DNA from: Sedimentisphaerales bacterium
Lineage (GTDB): Bacteria > Planctomycetota > Phycisphaerae > Sedimentisphaerales > SM23-30
Direction: 5' to 3' (one strand)
Length of the DNA: 64,000 bases
NCBI GenBank assembly: GCA_963666285.1
Contig: OY762711.1
The notes under the pieces: generated by a model
Seen by the model: the letters and a program-made list of their open reading frames with translations, nothing else
Database searches by the model: none
Told to the model about the DNA's origin: nothing
Shown: positions 58,362 to 64,000 of the stretch, piece by piece
Numbering within the stretch: position 1 is the first letter of the stretch
Layout of the letters: every line of letters begins with the position of its first letter
Program-made: the position numbers and the translations under genes

Positions 58362-60203
58362 TTATTCTACTAGCCTTTGGCGTTTTCCCAATAATATAAC
58401 ATCCTTTAATGCAGCAGTATCTTTAGCTTTTAACCATGTTTTCTCAAAATTTTCATGTTGAATAATCTGGCAAACAGCTGCTAATGACTGCAAGTGGAAA
58501 GCACGTTCATCTTTTGTGCCCATTAAAATAAATACAGTGTGAACATGAGGTCTGCTTTCGTTAAATTTAATGCCTTCTTTGCATCGAGCTAGAATAACAT
58601 CAAAATGTTTTTGGCCCGGAACAACAATATGTGGAATAGCCAAAAAATCGTTCAATACAGTTGAGCTTTCTTTTTCTCTTTCCATAAGCATATCATAAAC
58701 TTTGCTTTCAGGCAGTTCCAGGGAATCGCAAATAGACTCGGCAGCTTTGCGGAAAAATTCTGCAAGGGTTATTCCTTCGTCAATGTCTATAACCGTACAT
58801 TTTTCAATTAAATGGTCAAATCTATCTTTAAGTACCTGATCGCGTTCGTGAACGATATCTTTTAATTCTGTTTCAAGGTGGTGGTCAGTAAGTTTTCTGT
58901 CTGAAACTCTTTCAATTAAATGAAGTAGTGCGTATTCTCTACCCGTGTGCGCTCGTCCATAAAACCAGTAAACTATGAAACCAACCAGGATAAAGGCCAG
59001 GCTGGTCAATATTGCCTTTAAGCCGGTTTCATAGAGAATAAATGACATTCCAGCCATACCAAATACCTGTACCCAGGGGTATAGAGGTGAATGGAATTGA
59101 GGTTTATAATTTTGAATACGACTTTCTCTAAGAATAATAACAGCAAGGCAGGAGAAAATGTAAGTTAATATTAATACTGCAGAAGCAGCTTTTACTAAAG
59201 CTTCCATTTTTACAAACATAGCAGCTGATATTACTATTGTGGTAAGAAGCAATGAATAGTGAGGAGTTTTATATCTGGAATTTATATATCCAAGTTTTTC
59301 GGGGAGCATTTCATCCCTTGCCAATGCCAGAGGATATCTGCTGGCCGCCATAACACCGGAATTAGCAGAAGATACAAGACCAAGGATTGCAGCTGTTGCA
59401 ATCAGGATAGTTCCTATCTTATCATTAAGAATTGAAGCTGTTTTAGCTAAAGGTGCTTCGGATCCGGAAAGGGCCTCCCCGGCAACCGCAATTGCGGCAA
59501 AGACTACGCTAATATAAATAAACAAGATTGTCGCAAAAGCTAGAATCATTGCTTTTGGAATTGTAGATCCGGGATTTTTTATTTCTTCTGCGACGCTCGC
59601 TACTTTCAAAAACCCTCCATAACTGATAAATACAAAACCAGTGGCCGGTAATATTTCATCTAAACCTCTTGGTGCAAATGGTTTAAAGTTTATTACATCC
59701 ATCTGTGAATATGCTTTTATACAGAAATATGACAATATTGACACTATAATTGCAACCAGATATATTTGCATTTTCCCGGCACCTTTTGCACCCACCAGAT
59801 TTAGGCCTAAAAATGCAATACACAGCACTACAGCAATCGGCATATGCCAATTATTGCTGACGTGGCTGATAATAATGAGAAGGCTTGCCATAAAGACATA
59901 TTCATAGGCTACTTTTAATGCCAGTGACAGCCATGTGATCAGGCCATACACTGTACCTACTGCATCTCCCATTGAGCGTGTAACATAAAAATAGGTTCCG
60001 CCGGATTTAGGCATAGCACTGGCCAGCTCTGCTTGGCTTAAAAGTCCGGTAAGAGCAAGGATACCAGCAAAAATATAGCTAATTAGGACAGATGGGCCTG
60101 CTATTTCGTATGCCAGACCTGGCAGGACAAATAAGCTTGACAGCATAGCTCCACAGGCAATACAAAAAACGTCAAGTAAACCAAGTTCCTTCTTTAATTC
60201 CAT
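58362..60203 (-). CDS. APC-family amino acid permease fused to a PTS EIIA (Fru/Ntr-type) domain
   Basis: LKKELGLLDVF, AELASAMPKSGGTY, SVAEEIKNP, SRYPLALARD, ~12 TMs; C-terminal EREKESST....LAIPH. Confidence 0.9.
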   Translation of the reverse strand: MELKKELGLLDVFCIACGAMLSSLFVLPGLAYEIAGPSVLISYIFAGILALTGLLSQAELASAMPKSGGTYFYVTRSMGDAVGTVYGLITWLSLALKVAYEYVFMASLLIIISHVSNNWHMPIAVVLCIAFLGLNLVGAKGAGKMQIYLVAIIVSILSYFCIKAYSQMDVINFKPFAPRGLDEILPATGFVFISYGGFLKVASVAEEIKNPGSTIPKAMILAFATILFIYISVVFAAIAVAGEALSGSEAPLAKTASILNDKIGTILIATAAILGLVSSANSGVMAASRYPLALARDEMLPEKLGYINSRYKTPHYSLLLTTIVISAAMFVKMEALVKAASAVLILTYIFSCLAVIILRESRIQNYKPQFHSPLYPWVQVFGMAGMSFILYETGLKAILTSLAFILVGFIVYWFYGRAHTGREYALLHLIERVSDRKLTDHHLETELKDIVHERDQVLKDRFDHLIEKCTVIDIDEGITLAEFFRKAAESICDSLELPESKVYDMLMEREKESSTVLNDFLAIPHIVVPGQKHFDVILARCKEGIKFNESRPHVHTVFILMGTKDERAFHLQSLAAVCQIIQHENFEKTWLKAKDTAALKDVILLGKRQRLVE

Positions 60204-60523
60204 TATTAACCCTTAAAGTAATGTCTTTTATATCAAATGATTTGCCATATTATTCACTGATAGTATTCAAAAATCAATATATTTATTTATGGACTGCCTA
60301 AGGTGCTAATGTGTTGATATCATCTGTAATTGCCTTTAGTGTTTTCCTTAAGTCGTGTTTTTGTAAACACATACATAAAAATCACATTGCGTAACTTTTT
60401 ATATATATATTTGATATGAATGCTGGATTATATCTCAAATTGTGACGATAATGATATAGAATATATTACCTGTATCTAATATGTGTATTAACAGGCTATT
60501 GAAAAGACAAATGGAGTGGAGTA

Positions 60524-62548
60524 ATGACTCAAACTTGTAAACAAAAGGAACCGGAATATAAAGATATAATGATTGATGATCATGATATTGATTATCTGCT
60601 TGAAAAGGAATGGCTAATTACAAATAGTAGAGGGAGCTATTCATCCGGTACAATTATTGGATGTAATACAAGAAGATACCATGGCCTGCTAATTGCTTCG
60701 CTTCATCCGCCGGTAGAACGAATTGTGACAGTAAGTAATTTGATTGAAACAGTCATGATTGATGGCAAGCATTATGATCTCTCAAGTTTTGAGTTTTCTG
60801 ATAGAATACATCCTGATGGGTATAGATATCTTAAAAAGTTTCGTTCAGACAGTGGGGTGCATTTTTACTTTGACTTAGACGGAATTGAAGTTCATAAGTC
60901 TATATATCTTTGTTATGATACAGATAGAGCAATAGTGTCATATGAATTTACTGGCGTAGGATCTAAAGAAGTGGTGCTGCATGTTACACCGCTTGTTGTA
61001 TTGCGAGATTTTCATTCGTTGCAAAATTCATCTGTCCCATTAACTGTCAAAAATGAAAATGGTTTATTAACAGTCCATCATTTGGACCCTTCCGGGCCTG
61101 CTGTTCACATGAAAATGCCTGATAGCAGCTTTGAGTCAAGCAGCGACTGGTGGTATTCAATGAAATACCGCGTTGAAACCTTTCGTGGCCAGCAAGATTA
61201 TGAAGATTTGTGTGCGGTTGGGACATATACGGTCAATGTTGAAGAAAATAAGCATTCATCATTGGTTATTTCAGCTTCATCTGGAATGAATTGTCTGGAA
61301 AATATGGACTTAACTCTAAAAGAGGTTAGAAGTAAAAGACAAGCACACAGAGATACGTTATATCAGCAATCAAATGCTAAGACAGAGCCAGAGAAAATGT
61401 TGACTCTCGCTGCTGATCAGTTTGTGGTGAGAAGGGCAATTAATAAGTCACAGGTATCAGCCAGCATATTAGCGGGATATCACTGGTTTGCAGATTGGGG
61501 TAGGGATACATTTATTGCCTTTACCGGCACATTATTATCAACTGGTAGGTATGATGAAGCTAAAGAAGTATTGGAAACTTTTGGTAGTGTTTTAGATCGT
61601 GGGCAAATTCCAAACCGGTTTGATGATTATGGTAACCCACCACATTACAACAGCATTGACGCATCTTTATGGTTTGTTAATGCCGCCTGGCAATATTTAC
61701 AGGCTACAGGCAACCTAAATCAGTTTCGTAGTCAGTTTCGTCCTATGCTGAAGAATATAATTACTAATTATCATGATGGCACAAGGGATAATATCCATGC
61801 CGAATCTGACGGCTTGGTTTCTGGTGGAGACGCAAACACACAGCTAACCTGGATGGATGCAAAGTGTAACGATACCGCTTTTACACCCAGATATGGCAAA
61901 GCTGTAGAAATTAACGCACTTTGGTATAATGCGCTAAAAATTATGTCTGAATCAGCTTCCAGCGCACAGGAAAAGAAAGAATATGAGTTAATGGCTGAAG
62001 TGACAGCTGAATCTTTTCGTGACAAATTCTGGAACCCGGAAACTACTTGTTTGTATGATTTTATTTATCCAGATGGTAATCCGGACGCGACAATAAGACC
62101 CAATCAGATATTCGCAGTATCGCTACCTTTCACATGTCTGTCTGATTCTCAGGCAGCAAGTGTAGTTTCTGTTGTAAAAGATCAATTATTGACACCATAT
62201 GGTCTCAGATCACTTAGTCCACTTGACAGTCGATATAGGGGGTATTATGGTGGAGATCAATTCCAGCGGGACAGTTCTTACCATCAGGGTACCGTATGGG
62301 GATGGTTAATTGGACCATTTATTGAGGCATTTCTCAAAATCAATGATTTCTCCGAATGTTCGCTTCGCCAGGCAATAGAATATATTAGCCCTTTAATTGA
62401 GCATGCCCGGTCAGGTGGCTGTATGGGCAGTGTTGCTGAAATATTTGATGGTGATTACCCTCATCGTCCAAAAGGTTGTATTGCTCAAGCCTGGAGTGTA
62501 GCAGAGTTATTACGAGTTCTTAAATTGATCAATAATCATAAACGATAA
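60524..62548 (+). CDS. Glycogen debranching enzyme / amylo-alpha-1,6-glucosidase (GH133-like)
   Basis: EWLITNSRGSYSSGT...TRRYHGLL; AGYHWFADWGRDTFI, YNSIDASLWF, QLTWMDAK...TPRYGKAVEINALWYNAL, RPNQ, YHQGTVW, QAWSVAE. Confidence 0.93.
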   Translation: MTQTCKQKEPEYKDIMIDDHDIDYLLEKEWLITNSRGSYSSGTIIGCNTRRYHGLLIASLHPPVERIVTVSNLIETVMIDGKHYDLSSFEFSDRIHPDGYRYLKKFRSDSGVHFYFDLDGIEVHKSIYLCYDTDRAIVSYEFTGVGSKEVVLHVTPLVVLRDFHSLQNSSVPLTVKNENGLLTVHHLDPSGPAVHMKMPDSSFESSSDWWYSMKYRVETFRGQQDYEDLCAVGTYTVNVEENKHSSLVISASSGMNCLENMDLTLKEVRSKRQAHRDTLYQQSNAKTEPEKMLTLAADQFVVRRAINKSQVSASILAGYHWFADWGRDTFIAFTGTLLSTGRYDEAKEVLETFGSVLDRGQIPNRFDDYGNPPHYNSIDASLWFVNAAWQYLQATGNLNQFRSQFRPMLKNIITNYHDGTRDNIHAESDGLVSGGDANTQLTWMDAKCNDTAFTPRYGKAVEINALWYNALKIMSESASSAQEKKEYELMAEVTAESFRDKFWNPETTCLYDFIYPDGNPDATIRPNQIFAVSLPFTCLSDSQAASVVSVVKDQLLTPYGLRSLSPLDSRYRGYYGGDQFQRDSSYHQGTVWGWLIGPFIEAFLKINDFSECSLRQAIEYISPLIEHARSGGCMGSVAEIFDGDYPHRPKGCIAQAWSVAELLRVLKLINNHKR

Positions 62549-62650
62549 CTATTATTTGAGAAGTGCTAATCTACTTGATATTGCGTCATAATTCGTATAT
62601 TATCAATATGAGAGATATTGTTAAGTAGAAAACTGTACGAGGACCGTAAA

Positions 62651-63292
62651 TTGTATATTAAAACCTTTGAGTTAGGCACTTTCCAAACAAATTGCTATAT
62701 CCTGACTTCGCCGGCAAGCAGTGACAGGTGTATTATCCTGGATCCGGGCTTTGAGGCTGAACCGTTAGTGGATTTCCTTACAGAATATCACTGGACTCCT
62801 GAAATGATACTTTTAACGCATGGTCACAGTGATCATATCGCTGGAATTCCAATGTTAAAAAAACATTTTCCCGGAATACCTGTTTATATTAGCAAGGGAG
62901 ATGCAGATAAGCTTACAGACCCTGTACAAAATCTATCAGCAATGTTGGGTTTGAATGTAGTAGTTGGTAAAGCGGATAAATTACTTAGTGAAGGTGATAT
63001 TATAGAGTTTTACAATGAAAAATTAGAAGTATTGGAAACTCCTGGTCATACAAAAGGTGGGATATGTTTTATTAACCGCCAAGACAATATGGTATTTACC
63101 GGGGATACTTTATTTGCAAATTCTATTGGACGCACAGACTTTCCGGATGGTAATTTCAGTCAAATTATGTCTTCTATTAAAGATAAGTTATCTATATTAC
63201 CCGCAGATACCAGCGTTCATCCCGGGCATGGCATTTCCAGCACAATAGGTCAAGAAAATCATTTGAACCCATATCTTAATGGCGAAATATAA
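62651..63292 (+). CDS. MBL-fold metallo-hydrolase (glyoxalase II/YcbL-like)
   Basis: THGHSDH, TPGHT, FTGDTLF..SIGRTD, HPGHG. Probable TTG start at 62651 after GAGGA (ORF track start 62618). Confidence 0.9.
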   Translation: MYIKTFELGTFQTNCYILTSPASSDRCIILDPGFEAEPLVDFLTEYHWTPEMILLTHGHSDHIAGIPMLKKHFPGIPVYISKGDADKLTDPVQNLSAMLGLNVVVGKADKLLSEGDIIEFYNEKLEVLETPGHTKGGICFINRQDNMVFTGDTLFANSIGRTDFPDGNFSQIMSSIKDKLSILPADTSVHPGHGISSTIGQENHLNPYLNGEI

Positions 63293-63331
63293 TATGCGTA
63301 AATAAGTATTTTAGGGTTTGTTGGATATTGT

Positions 63332-64000
63332 TTAGTTACCGGTTATATGCAATAATTTGCATGCTTTTTTATATGGCTTTTTAATATCTTCAACAGCTTT
63401 TCGTATTTTGATAGTATAAAATAATCTTTTGAATTTGTCGTCTTGTTCGTATAGCCTAACCCCAATCTTAGCATATTTCATTGCATTTATGTAGTGACCT
63501 GTTTTGAGGTAAGAGTAGGCTATATTGTAAAGTGTCGGGCCGTGTTCTGGGTTTATCTGTAATATCTGCTGTGAGATACTAATGGCATAATCATACATTT
63601 CATGCCTGTAATAACAAAGACTTAAGTTGTATAATGTGTGAAAATCGTCTGGTCTTTGACTTGCTGCTCTTTCCAGGCAATCAATGGCCTCTCGGCTGGC
63701 TCCGACTTCTTCCAGCATGCAACCCAGGGAATTTAGTATTTTGCAGTCGCCCACATCAAGCATATATTCTGCAATTAGATGGTCTCTGGCATTAGCAATT
63801 TGGCCCAGTTTCAAATAGCATTGACCAAGTCGGAAATGTGGGCCTGCTAGATTGCGGTTGAATTCTAATGCCTTTAGGAAAAACTCTACTGCGCGAGCAA
63901 TTCTGCCTTTTTGTAAGTAAATCTCACCTAAATAATGATTTGCCTGGGCATTTTGTGGCTCAATTTCCAATACGCGATAAAATTTCCCTCTAGCTTCTCC
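63332..64000 (-). CDS. TPR-repeat protein (5'-partial; frame open to window edge)
   Basis: Repeated TPR units (ANHYLGEIYLQKG, PHFRLGQCYLKLG, TLYNLSLCYY, TLYNIAYSYLKTG); no upstream stop within the window. Confidence 0.85.
   Translation of the reverse strand, partial: GEARGKFYRVLEIEPQNAQANHYLGEIYLQKGRIARAVEFFLKALEFNRNLAGPHFRLGQCYLKLGQIANARDHLIAEYMLDVGDCKILNSLGCMLEEVGASREAIDCLERAASQRPDDFHTLYNLSLCYYRHEMYDYAISISQQILQINPEHGPTLYNIAYSYLKTGHYINAMKYAKIGVRLYEQDDKFKRLFYTIKIRKAVEDIKKPYKKACKLLHITGN

Noticed and set aside
1..64000. CRISPR arrays, tRNA/rRNA, integron attC arrays, prophage and defence systems
   Set aside because: No regularly spaced direct repeats, cloverleaf motifs, integrase, phage structural genes or nuclease/defence signatures were seen by eye; dedicated scanners would be needed to exclude them fully.

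Overview
A 64-kb, AT-rich bacterial chromosomal segment. Its gene content (sigma/FecR pairs, Ser/Thr kinase, MoxR operons, secreted proteins with dockerin-like C-termini) most resembles a planctomycete of the Phycisphaerae/Sedimentisphaerales type; this is inferred from content, not from a search. Left to right: (1) a MoxR-DUF58-BatA-vWA/TPR operon extended by an exported protein with a Cys-rich tail and a membrane 4Fe-4S protein; (2) a complete IS5/ISNCY-like element whose transposase has an internal amber stop, next to a frameshifted IS256 remnant; (3) an MCP, a secreted beta-helix protein, a TIGR03546/TIGR03545-like fusion and an S46 peptidase; (4) a ~27-kb carbohydrate-utilisation region with no recognisable SusC/SusD or other transporter. 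It holds LacI, GH5, a sulfatase, a GH99/71-like enzyme and a duplicated module of Ig-LamG surface protein, ECF sigma, FecR-type anti-sigma and GH31, and five of its exported proteins share a C-terminal EF-hand/dockerin-like tag; (5) mostly housekeeping genes (pdxJ, rfbA, HAD, aldolase, DAGK, debranching enzyme, MBL hydrolase), plus a 160-bp palindromic MITE, a candidate minus-strand sRNA, and a second MoxR next to an ECF sigma with a fused zinc-finger-like tail. No tRNA, rRNA or CRISPR array was seen. All family calls come from motif recognition by eye.
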